Origin: an uncultured virus (IMG/VR IMGVR_UViG_3300033553_000824)
Lineage: Duplodnaviria; Heunggongvirae; Uroviricota; Caudoviricetes
IMG/VR virus record: IMGVR_UViG_3300033553_000824
Direction: 5' to 3' (one strand)
Length of the DNA stretch: 20,000 nucleotides
The notes under the pieces were generated by a model. That model did not search any database, was not told the origin of the DNA, and saw only the letters and a list, made by a program, of their open reading frames with translations. Positions 1 to 8,103 of the stretch are shown piece by piece (position 1 is the first letter of the stretch; each line of letters begins with the position of its first letter). Both the position numbers and the translations under genes were made by a program.

Positions 1-494
1 ACATAAAAGTAGCTAACAACGCCGCAGAAGCATGCTTAAACGCTGATATCGTCACCACCTGCACAGCCGACAAAACCAACGCCCAAATCATAAAAGCAGG
101 TGACCTGCAACCAGGAACACACCTCAACGCCATCGGCGGAGACTGCCCAGGGAAAACCGAACTAGACCCCAAAATACTCGATGAAGGACCAGTGTTCGTA
201 GAATATTTACCTCAAACCCGCATAGAAGGAGAACTACAATCAAAAGACCCAAACTACCCAGCAACCGAACTATGGGAAGTCCTCAATAAAAAAGCCCCCG
301 GACGCACAAACGACAAACAAATCACCATCTACGATTCGGTAGGTTTCGCCATCGAAGACTTCTCTGTCCTACGATATGCTCGTGACCAAGTACAAGGAAC
401 CAACTATGTTACACCCATCGACCTTATCGCAGAGCCAGAAGACCCAAAAAACCTATTCAGTATGATAACAGTACTCTCCCCCACCCGGTCCTAA
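1..494 (+). CDS. ocd: Ornithine cyclodeaminase / mu-crystallin family protein, C-terminal part (5' end outside window)
   Basis: Frame 3 is open from base 3: ...ADIVTTCTADK..HLNAIGGDCPGKTELD..VFVEYLPQTRIEGELQ..ITIYDSVGFAIEDFS..PKNLF, the signature motifs of OCD. The ORF-track start at 192 is internal. Confidence 0.92.
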   Translation, partial: IKVANNAAEACLNADIVTTCTADKTNAQIIKAGDLQPGTHLNAIGGDCPGKTELDPKILDEGPVFVEYLPQTRIEGELQSKDPNYPATELWEVLNKKAPGRTNDKQITIYDSVGFAIEDFSVLRYARDQVQGTNYVTPIDLIAEPEDPKNLFSMITVLSPTRS

Positions 495-629
495 ACAACA
501 GAATAAAACATTTAGAACAAATGAACTACGCGTACTAATTTTTCTGCACCCCTCACGCACTCTTTGATTTCTAGTCAACTAGTTATGATTCAATGAACCC
601 GCCCATGCTCTTAATATCCTAAACCAATG

Positions 630-637
630 CCGTTAGG
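630..637 (+). promoter_or_regulatory. CCGTTAGG variant box (also minus-strand 1842-1849, 6455, and TCGTTAGG at 7191)
   Basis: Similar spacing to the start codon as the CCGATA box at 630, 1842 and 7191; longer at 6455. Confidence 0.65.
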
Positions 638-668
638 AAACCATAATAAAACAAGGAAGTGAACAGCA

Positions 669-1085
669 ATGACTACCGAAGAAACACAAACTTTATGTGC
701 TCACGTAAATGAGTTAACCCCTGAACAAGCTAAACGAATCATAGTTCACGGTAAAGTCACCTCAGAAGGGGATTGCGGCAATATTTGGGGCGAAAAACAC
801 GGCTGCCCTTGGCCTCACACAATCATAGAATCCCCATCAGAAGAAGACTTAAAGCATCTTAGGTCATCTGACATAGGTTACATGATAACTCCCGTTGATG
901 CATGGGATGATATGATAACCGAATGGAAATGGGTGGAAGACCCCTACTGTAACCAAAGATCAATACGCGGTCTTGACTACCGTATGCCCTATGGGAAAGC
1001 ACTTTCGATCAATGTCGAGGCGGTACCGGTACTCAAAAATAAGTTACCTTCTCTTCCTGCAGGATTAGTCCTCAACAACATATAA
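669..1085 (+). CDS. Hypothetical protein, 138 aa
   Basis: AAGGAAG RBS and CCGTTAGG box (630) upstream; no recognised domain. Confidence 0.75.
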   Translation: MTTEETQTLCAHVNELTPEQAKRIIVHGKVTSEGDCGNIWGEKHGCPWPHTIIESPSEEDLKHLRSSDIGYMITPVDAWDDMITEWKWVEDPYCNQRSIRGLDYRMPYGKALSINVEAVPVLKNKLPSLPAGLVLNNI

Positions 1086-1327
1086 AAAGACAAGCGGCTG
1101 GGGCAATAACGAAACTCACTTGTTATTCTTTCGGTTTGTGTTGAATCTATATTGTTAACCCTGACAACAGAAACCAGTTCCCGTGGGAGTTACTTAACTA
1201 CGGCGCGTAAGCTTGTTTTCTTCACTTAGCCTATTCAGTACGATACCGATACTATCCCCCACCCGGCATTAGAAAGCAGAATAAATTAACTACACTCACT
1301 AAATTCCTGTTATTAAAACTGAGTACC

Positions 1328-1378
1328 AGACACATTAAAACATGCCTAAAGGCCCCTTAGACATAATATAACATGTCT
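1328..1378. repeat. Double-palindrome site, copy 1 (20 bp - 11 bp - 20 bp)
   Basis: AGACACATTAAAACATGCCT (1328-1347) and AGACATAATATAACATGTCT (1359-1378); 31-bp period. Confidence 0.85.
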
Positions 1379-1392
1379 GGAAGAAGAGAAAC

Positions 1393-1800
1393 CTATAGTT
1401 TAACTACTTCTTTCCCGTCTGAGCTAAGAACCGTTACCTTAGTGAACCCAGCATCAAAAATATAATTATACTCCTCACCTAAAGATTCAAGATCCTCTAA
1501 AGAAGCAAACTTCTGCATATCAGCAACATCATCCATGTCCGTATAATAATTACCAATAAGAGGCTCATGCTGAATATGATCACCAGCCATTGCACTCACC
1601 TTAGAAGGGTCCTTACAAATAGAAGACCACCCGGCGTGCTCAAAAATCTTATCCAACAGTTTCTTATATGAACCATTGAAATTCGATTCAGCTAAACCAG
1701 TCAAATCCTCCAACACCGAATCCCCATCCCAATGAACATAAACCCCATAAAATGTTCCATTAGTAGCATCTTCCTTCAAAATAGTGGCATTAGTTGACAT
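1393..1800 (-). CDS. Phage-type hypothetical protein (YxHWDG motif), 135 aa
   Basis: AAGGAGAG RBS and minus-strand CCGTTAGG (1842-1849) upstream. The N-terminal GVYVHWDG motif resembles a family of uncharacterised phage proteins. Confidence 0.8.
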   Translation of the reverse strand: MSTNATILKEDATNGTFYGVYVHWDGDSVLEDLTGLAESNFNGSYKKLLDKIFEHAGWSSICKDPSKVSAMAGDHIQHEPLIGNYYTDMDDVADMQKFASLEDLESLGEEYNYIFDAGFTKVTVLSSDGKEVVKL

Positions 1801-2067
1801 ACTGCTCTCCTTTTATAGCTCTGATATATTACAGTTATTATCCTAACGGACGTATCCTAAATAGCCTAGATATATATTCAATATTGTGGGCACCTTAACA
1901 CGCACAAAGATACAGTACGGGGTTTCGAACTTTATCGTGAACATCTAACATAATATAGTTCTGTAAAAACCCTGGCGGCGAAAACAGCGTTACTCTTAAA
2001 TTAGCTAATAAACCTTGAAGCTGCGGATAGAGAAGCTACCAACTGATGTAACACAATATAACAAAAG

Positions 2068-2481
2068 GTGAAAATGATGTCAAACATAAACAACGAATCT
2101 GAAAAAGACAGAATTTATAGGGCATACCGTTTAGCCCTGAAGGGCTCAAAAGAACACCGTGCCGGTGAGAGAAAACAGAGAGCCCGTGAAATAATAACAA
2201 CAAGATACAATATTTCACACCATGAGTTAAAAGACATCATATGCACTTTAGATAAAGAAAACAACATAACACATGAGCACACATTAGATTATGAACGAGA
2301 ATTAACATTGAAAAAGCTTAACGAAGATCTACGGGACGAAGACAGAATTTGTACTTCATGTGGTAGTGAAGAAGAAACTGTTCGGTACAGATACAACCCG
2401 TATGAGATTAACGTGAACCGTGAATACGTAATCTACAAAAGCTGCCTTGAATGTGATGTTAGATTAGAATATGACATCTAA
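2068..2481 (+). CDS. Hypothetical protein with C-terminal CxxC...CxxC zinc finger
   Basis: CTSC and CLEC pairs. The AAAGGTG RBS suggests the true start is ATG at 2074 or 2077. Confidence 0.75.
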   Translation: MKMMSNINNESEKDRIYRAYRLALKGSKEHRAGERKQRAREIITTRYNISHHELKDIICTLDKENNITHEHTLDYERELTLKKLNEDLRDEDRICTSCGSEEETVRYRYNPYEINVNREYVIYKSCLECDVRLEYDI

Positions 2482-2659
2482 CATCGGCTTCCACCTACTG
2501 TAAGGGGGCGTTGCCTGGCCGATAATGAAGACATCATTAGAGTTCCGGGATTTTGCTAAATACAAAAACCCCTGTGCGGAAGGAACGCCAGAAAACAATT
2601 CACCCACAACAACAGAAGAGCCCCTAATTAGACCCTCAACCTCTTCGTAACTATGTATA

Positions 2660-2869
2660 AGACATATTGCAGCGTAACCGCGCCGATAGGATTAACATAA
2701 CAAGAAAGGCATTAAACCATTGAACAATCTGACATCTCCAGCAGAGCGGTATGACAACCCTACACTTCCCGCACCACAGTTCGAGTATGATGAGAGCAGG
2801 AGAGATGAAGGTTCCAATCAGCAGCCACAATCTCGCAGGCAACGCCGCAACAGCCCTTATCGCCACAGT
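2660..2869 (+). repeat. About 200-bp duplicated module (AGACA half-site, CCGATA box, RBS, first ~48 codons), copy A
   Basis: Aligns by eye with 3549-3746; its 5' part also aligns with 5247-5330. Confidence 0.9.
2683..2688 (+). promoter_or_regulatory. CCGATA upstream box (representative; others at 3572, 5249, 5986, 7762, 8371, 9354, 11505, 15823 and minus-strand 15755-15760)
   Basis: Same hexamer, oriented with the gene, 29-51 nt before nine + strand start codons. Confidence 0.8.
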
Positions 2870-3502
2870 TGGGTGGTGGCCACGTTACTGTCAACACTAC
2901 TCCTGGCCGCATGCTCCCCGTCCGCAAGCAACCTCAAAACCCCAAACATCATCTGGCCTGACGGTGCGCCCAGCGGCCCACTCGAAGACTCCGACTGGGG
3001 TCAAGCATACCGCCACATCGAGATTGAACTCTCAACCGCGCAGGCTTTTGGCGACTTCTCAGACCCGGACCTCATTGCAGCCGTTGGGTATGACCTGGCG
3101 GAGCGCTACGCCAACAACTGGAGCGCGTTCGGCTTTGACCCAGAGACAACCGACAGGAACCAGATCGAGGCCATCACGACATACGCCTCGAAGAGCATCA
3201 TCGCTGATATAGAGGAACAGACGGACGGACGGTCAGCCGAGGTCTCCGTTTGTGGCGGATGGTTCACCACAATCGACGGCGCGGATCACCTCATCTATGA
3301 ATGGGAGTTTGCGCGCTCAGATGACGGTCACATCACCGTCACCGACGTGTGGCTCAACACCGACCGGGAGACATGTAGTGTCTTAGTGCCGCAGCCAGGG
3401 TTGTGGGCCGAACCCTTCGATTCCGCAGACATTGACCCGCCCAGCGTGAAGAAGCCGCTTCCCCGCGACTACTACATTGACCTGGGTGTGATCAGCGAGT
3501 AG
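2720..3502 (+). CDS. Putative lipoprotein with a GC-rich body fused to the duplicated leader
   Basis: TTG start at the position of the ATG in the 3609 paralogue, after AAGAAAGG. Basic RRQRR stretch, hydrophobic segment and LAA-C lipobox. Body is clearly more GC-rich than the flanks. Confidence 0.8.
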   Translation: MNNLTSPAERYDNPTLPAPQFEYDESRRDEGSNQQPQSRRQRRNSPYRHSWVVATLLSTLLLAACSPSASNLKTPNIIWPDGAPSGPLEDSDWGQAYRHIEIELSTAQAFGDFSDPDLIAAVGYDLAERYANNWSAFGFDPETTDRNQIEAITTYASKSIIADIEEQTDGRSAEVSVCGGWFTTIDGADHLIYEWEFARSDDGHITVTDVWLNTDRETCSVLVPQPGLWAEPFDSADIDPPSVKKPLPRDYYIDLGVISE

Positions 3503-3548
3503 CTACCAGTCACACAACATCCATAGAAGATCATCCGAACCAGATATG

Positions 3549-3746
3549 AGACATATTGTAACATAACCGCGCCGATAGGATCAACATAACAAGAAAGGTG
3601 TTAAACCAATGGACAACCCATCAGACCGGAACGACAACCCTACCCTGCCCGCGCCACAGTTCAAGTATGATGAGAGCAGGAGAGGTAAGAATTTGAATCA
3701 GCCACAATCTCGCAGGCAACGCCGCAACTCACCTTATCGCCGCAGT
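3549..3746 (+). repeat. About 200-bp duplicated module, copy B
   Basis: AGACATATTG..AACCGCGCCGATAGGA..AACATAACAAGAAAGG..CAGCCACAATCTCGCAGGCAACGCCGCAAC..CCTTATCGCC is shared with 2660-2869. Confidence 0.9.
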
Positions 3747-4103
3747 GCTACTTCCACTGAATCAAACAACGGCTCCCGGCGAATGGGCTATGCAGAGTCT
3801 AAAAAATGGAATGACCGAAGCGCCTCGAACGTCTTCTGGATCACCACATGGTTCGGTGCTTTCATCTCAGTACTTACCGGTATTATCACCGCGATGGTGA
3901 TGGCAGGCTCACACCGCCCAAGAATCCCTTTCGTCGGTCACACAACATTCATGGAAGATCACCCAAACTTCCCTCTAATTACAGTTTCACTGGCTGTGGC
4001 GATCATAATATGGCTGATGTTCATAATAGGAGCTGCCATACAGGCTATAAAAGCCAAACGTCGCGAACGCTTGAAACGGCAAATCCCAGGGCTGATTAAG
4101 TAA
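3609..4103 (+). CDS. Two-TM membrane protein carrying the same N-terminal leader as 2720..3502
   Basis: DNPTLPAPQFxYDESRR...QPQSRRQRRNSPYR is shared, followed by two hydrophobic helices and a basic C-terminus. Confidence 0.8.
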   Translation: MDNPSDRNDNPTLPAPQFKYDESRRGKNLNQPQSRRQRRNSPYRRSATSTESNNGSRRMGYAESKKWNDRSASNVFWITTWFGAFISVLTGIITAMVMAGSHRPRIPFVGHTTFMEDHPNFPLITVSLAVAIIIWLMFIIGAAIQAIKAKRRERLKRQIPGLIK

Positions 4104-4317
4104 CAAACCCTTAACCAGACCCTCAAACCTTTTCATAACTTTAACCTATTCAAATCTAATTCTTACAAACTTGCGCTCTTCGGACTAATGAGGTATTTTT
4201 TTTCAAGGGATATTCTAACAAAATTATAGTATACAAAAGAGCTAACATGTGGTAAGGTTAAACGTTAAGGTCCGCCTGAAGAATAGCTCTAAAACTAGAA
4301 TTTGAAGGAAAAATATT

Positions 4318-5100
4318 ATGAAACTCACTATCATTGGTTCATCCGGTTCAGTTGCTGGTCCTGACAACCCTGCCTCTTGTTACCTCATCGAACATACCAA
4401 CGGTAACATTTCCACTAAAGTCCTATTGGATCTTGGTACAGGAGCCCTTGGTCAACTACAGAAGATTATCGACCCATCAGAACTAGACGCTATTCTCATC
4501 ACTCACGCCCATCCAGATCATTGCTCAGATCTTGAAAGCCTAGCAGTCTGGCAAAAATACGGTCCACCTCTTTACGCTGATAAGCCTACTCTCCGAATTC
4601 CATTATACGCACCTCAGGACGTTTTCAGGAGACTCACAGCCCTCGAATCTCACAGCGGCGGAAATTTCATTTCCGTATTCGACTATCATTCAACTCGCTC
4701 TAACATTTTTAAGATTGGAGCTTTCACTATTGAAGATTGGCGCGCATGGCACCCAATCCCTTCTTCCATGTTCAGTATTACAGGCCCATCTTCAGTGCGC
4801 GAAGGAAACTCCACTTTGTTCTTCACCGGAGATACCGACCTTAACGATAACGTAATTAAAGCAGCGCGCGGAGCTGATGTACTCCTTGCTGAAGCAGGCT
4901 GGGCTCACCGAGAAGTAAACCCAGCTGGAATTCACATGAACGGAACTCAAGCTGGAGAACTCGCGAAAGCTGCTGATGTAAATAAAATGCTTCTCACCCA
5001 CATCGTTCCTTGGGTTGACCCTAAACTAACTCTCGATAAAGCCCAAATCGTCTTTCCAAATACTGAACTAGCTTCCCCAGGAGCTACTCATTTAATCTAG
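4318..5100 (+). CDS. MBL-fold metallo-hydrolase (RNase Z/BN-like; actinobacterial Rv1339-type cyclic-nucleotide phosphodiesterase family)
   Basis: MKLTIIGSSGS..PASCYL, LLDLGTG, THAHPDH (HxHxDH), FTGDT, LAEA, IHM, LLTHI motifs; GAAGGA RBS. Confidence 0.9.
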   Translation: MKLTIIGSSGSVAGPDNPASCYLIEHTNGNISTKVLLDLGTGALGQLQKIIDPSELDAILITHAHPDHCSDLESLAVWQKYGPPLYADKPTLRIPLYAPQDVFRRLTALESHSGGNFISVFDYHSTRSNIFKIGAFTIEDWRAWHPIPSSMFSITGPSSVREGNSTLFFTGDTDLNDNVIKAARGADVLLAEAGWAHREVNPAGIHMNGTQAGELAKAADVNKMLLTHIVPWVDPKLTLDKAQIVFPNTELASPGATHLI

Positions 5101-5283
5101 AGTCAACATCGACTTATCCTATAAGGAACAAATATGAAACTCGAACCTGAAAACTCCCAAAGGGTTGCGCTATATTATTATTTAACGAAGCTCTGCTAAC
5201 AACATACACTGGTGTAACACAGGTCATCAAAAAACTAGCATAAACACGCCGATAGGACCAACATAACAAGAAAGGTCAAACCA

Positions 5284-5733
5284 ATGGAAAACCAAACACC
5301 CCCAGCAGACTGGTATGACGACCCTACCGCACCGAACCTCCTAAGATACTGGGATGGGGAACAATGGACAGAACACACAGCTCCCCGCCCAACACAACAA
5401 CCAAACCAACAGACAGCCGCCCGAACCGCCACCGAACCAGCAGCACCCAAATATGTTATATTCGGCTACGCATCACTAGCAGCCGCCATCCTATCAATAG
5501 CCCTAATCATGACCTCATTCATCGACATGATTAACGGGAGCAACATCTACCTCCTAGGGTTAACCAGCGTGTTCACAGCAATCATCATCGGACGCCTCGG
5601 ATTCAACAAACTCAGCCTAACATTAGAAAAAACCCCCAAAACCCTCAGCGTCATAGCACAAGTCACCGGATATGTCATGCTCCTAATGTACGCCGGAATT
5701 GGCCTAGTCTGGATCATCGAAAAACTAGCATAA
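5284..5733 (+). CDS. DUF2510-domain membrane protein
   Basis: PADWYDDP....LRYWDGEQWTEH is the DUF2510 signature, followed by three hydrophobic segments. Same promoter/RBS module as the 2720 and 3609 genes. Confidence 0.9.
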   Translation: MENQTPPADWYDDPTAPNLLRYWDGEQWTEHTAPRPTQQPNQQTAARTATEPAAPKYVIFGYASLAAAILSIALIMTSFIDMINGSNIYLLGLTSVFTAIIIGRLGFNKLSLTLEKTPKTLSVIAQVTGYVMLLMYAGIGLVWIIEKLA

Positions 5734-5809
5734 AACAAACCATGGGGCTGATTGAGTAGCAACGAAAGAGCCCCTAATCAGACCCTCAACTCTTAATAAA
5801 CTACATCTG

Positions 5810-5860
5810 AGACACATTATAATGTGTCTTATGTACTGTTAGACATATTATAACATGTTT
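5810..5860. repeat. Double-palindrome site, copy 2
   Basis: Perfect palindrome AGACACATTATAATGTGTCT (5810-5829) and AGACATATTATAACATGTTT (5841-5860). Confidence 0.88.
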
Positions 5861-6027
5861 AGCTTTAAACTCTTATAACAATATTTTCAGTATTACAAAC
5901 CCAAAAAACTATTCAATATGATACCAATACCCCGTCAACTAACAAAAACAATAATCCGACTCACATAAAAAGAATAAAAACCACCCCGATAGAGATACAA
6001 TTAAACGACCAAAGGATATATAAAACC

Positions 6028-6294
6028 ATGGATAAAAAAGTTGTTTTAAAAGTCATTTTACCAAGCGGCAAAGAAGAATACAAAATCACTGCAATAAACT
6101 TAAAATACGCAAAAAAATTTTTCGACACCCTAAACGAAGCGGACTATTCCGAACCAGTTGTTTCTATAATTATTTACGAAGGAAACGACATGATACAAAG
6201 CAAACACATTTCCCTGTCTGACTTCCGTAAAGTATGGCTCAGGGATCTAAAAACAGGATTCGCTAAAAGTCACAACATCCCCCGAGCTTTCTAA
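6028..6294 (+). CDS. Hypothetical protein, 88 aa
   Basis: CCGATA (5986) and AAAGGA RBS upstream. Confidence 0.7.
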   Translation: MDKKVVLKVILPSGKEEYKITAINLKYAKKFFDTLNEADYSEPVVSIIIYEGNDMIQSKHISLSDFRKVWLRDLKTGFAKSHNIPRAF

Positions 6295-6562
6295 ACAACC
6301 TAAAACGTGATTGTTAACTAATCCAAGATTAGACCCCCAACTAGCAGTGCGAGATAAGGCACACCATAACAAATTTCGCTTTTCAAACCTTACAACAAAT
6401 GTTTTTGATATTATGAACTCAAATAATAGATAAAGCAAAAATACAAAAATATACCCGTTAGGTAACTAACACCCTTAAAAGGAAAGTTTTGTGCATCCAG
6501 TCCGCTGGAAATCATCACTCCTAGATTGGTAAAAACACTAAACCAAAAAAGGAGACATCACA

Positions 6563-6871
6563 ATGTCAAAAGAAATAGATATAATGACCTTTCTGAAATC
6601 AGGACAATTCAGCAAAGGCACAACCGTTGAAATAACAGAACCCGCAGACTACCGAGGCTGCAAAGGTGAGTACGACGGAACTAAATGGGTTCCCACAAAA
6701 GACTCCAGGCCTTGGATCAGCAGACACAACAAAGAGGCCGTATCCCATATATCAAATAACGATCCTGAATACCACAGCAAAGACCACTGGTTAAGCTACG
6801 CAGCATCCACAAACCATATCGTATCTGACAGCCAAGCACATAAAGGCAAACTAATAGTCATAAAAGAATAA
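6563..6871 (+). CDS. Hypothetical protein, 102 aa
   Basis: Strong AAGGAGA RBS; CCGTTAGG at 6455. Confidence 0.75.
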   Translation: MSKEIDIMTFLKSGQFSKGTTVEITEPADYRGCKGEYDGTKWVPTKDSRPWISRHNKEAVSHISNNDPEYHSKDHWLSYAASTNHIVSDSQAHKGKLIVIKE

Positions 6872-6921
6872 CCTCAAAACAACCACAACTGGCTTACAGT
6901 CGCTAACTTTAAGTCATTAGT

Positions 6922-7052
6922 TTGGTAAAGATCCTGTCCAACCTAACATTCCAAGATACTGGGATGATAAGCAATGGACGGAGAATATAGCACCAACTTA
7001 CGCTTTGCATCTCACCGTAACTAAGCTATCATCAACACTGCGGAATAGTTAA
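6922..7052 (+). pseudogene. DUF2510 gene relic
   Basis: Translates as KDPVQPNIPRYWDDKQWTENIAP, homologous to 5284..5733. In-frame TAG immediately upstream, WY codons disrupted, no start codon. Confidence 0.75.
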
Positions 7053-7075
7053 CAACCCATCGGAAAATACACCTC

Positions 7076-7126
7076 AGACACATTAAAACATGCCTAACAG
7101 CCTTTTAGACACATCATAATAGGTCT
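7076..7126. repeat. Double-palindrome site, copy 3
   Basis: AGACACATTAAAACATGCCT (7076-7095, identical to 1328-1347) and AGACACATCATAATAGGTCT (7107-7126). Confidence 0.85.
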
Positions 7127-7154
7127 AACAGTTGTAACTCGCTAACCCTACAGA

Positions 7155-7175
7155 GCTGGGATACCCCATCCCAGC
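7155..7175. other. Perfect 8-bp stem hairpin
   Basis: GCTGGGAT-ACCCC-ATCCCAGC; no clear U-tract. Confidence 0.5.
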
Positions 7176-7248
7176 AAACATAAACCCGGTTCGTTAGGAA
7201 GCACAAAGAACAAGCGGAAAATTTTCCGCCTTAAATAAGGAGCTTACA

Positions 7249-7473
7249 ATGCCAGACAGAACAATCGTATCAGGTCACATCACACACTCCAGCGACACCG
7301 CATTAACTATAAAAGTTTCAGATAACTATACGCTAATGGCAATCACCTCTGCCACTAAAATTGAAACTAGCCTTGACGTAGGCAACCACATAACAGCATA
7401 TATTGACTTAGGTAAAGTTCTTGTCGCAACTAAAATCCAAGCATATGACCCTGAAAGAAACTTACAACACTGA
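7249..7473 (+). CDS. Small beta-rich protein, possibly OB-fold/DUF5666-like
   Basis: TAAGGAG RBS. The pattern VSGHI...TKIETSLDVGNHI...LVATKI suggests a small OB barrel (inference). Confidence 0.65.
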   Translation: MPDRTIVSGHITHSSDTALTIKVSDNYTLMAITSATKIETSLDVGNHITAYIDLGKVLVATKIQAYDPERNLQH

Positions 7474-7495
7474 AATTCAGGTAGGAGTCAATAGC

Positions 7496-7682
7496 ATGCC
7501 ATCCAATAAAGACCTATCTACACAAGAAATCAACGAACACCAATTACAAGAGATGCTCACACTGAAAAACAAAGGACAACTACCTGAAGGCAGAAGCTGG
7601 GGGTCCAGACGATTTCAGCATACCCTCAAAACGACCACAATGGGTTAACGAATGGTTGAACAAAGAAAACGACGACATCTAA
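7496..7682 (+). CDS. Small hypothetical protein, possibly frameshifted at G5 (7599-7603)
   Basis: AGGAG RBS before ATG 7496. The frame stops at 7648, but the +1 frame continues GPDDFSIPSKRPQWVNEWLNKENDDI* to 7682. Confidence 0.4.
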
Positions 7683-7800
7683 CTCAGGGGCCAGGAGCAT
7701 ACTCAACAGCTTCATAGCTTAGAATTTAAGTAAAGCCACTATGCAGTATGTAGAATAACAACCGATATTTACTTCAAACATGGCGGAGGTGTATCCCCAA

Positions 7801-8103
7801 ATGAACAACAACACAAAAACCCCATCAAAACGCCACACCCTCGTCCTAAACACAATACATGACTTAGGGTTAAACAACCCAAGACTCGTAGGCTCCGTAG
7901 CAAGAAACGAAGACACAGAAAACTCTGACATTGACATACTAGTCGAAGGTGAATACAAAAGTATTATGGCTCTCGTTAGAAGCGAACGTGAACTCGGAGA
8001 AACACTAGGAAATAAAGTAGAAATCATAGTCGAAAACGAAATACACAAACACATACTAGATCACATGTTAAAAGACGCTGAGAAAATAGGAGAACAACAA
8101 TGA
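7801..8103 (+). CDS. Minimal nucleotidyltransferase (MNT/MntA-like, Pol-beta superfamily)
   Basis: LVGSVARNEDTENSDIDILVE matches the GSxAR...SDxD motif. GGAGG at 7785 places the start at 7801 rather than 7780. Confidence 0.88.
   Translation: MNNNTKTPSKRHTLVLNTIHDLGLNNPRLVGSVARNEDTENSDIDILVEGEYKSIMALVRSERELGETLGNKVEIIVENEIHKHILDHMLKDAEKIGEQQ

Noticed and set aside
1885..1940. GGTTTCGAAC resembling a tRNA T-loop
   Set aside because: No acceptor, D or anticodon stems can be formed.
1246..2525. CCGATA boxes at 1246 and 2519 as gene promoters
   Set aside because: No convincing ORF follows at the usual distance; they may be relics or sRNA promoters, but this cannot be supported from sequence.
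2830..2850. SRRQRR as a Tat signal
   Set aside because: Lacks the hydrophobic xFL residues of the S/T-R-R-x-F-L-K consensus.
2751..3212. Alternative-frame and antisense ORFs (e.g. 2751, 3848, 7719, 9456, 13364, 14240, 16014, 17505-19665)
   Set aside because: They overlap better-supported genes and lack RBS or motifs, so they are treated as shadow ORFs.
1328..7126. AGACA palindromic units as a CRISPR array
   Set aside because: Only pairs with an 11-bp gap, kilobases apart; no repeat-spacer series and no cas genes.
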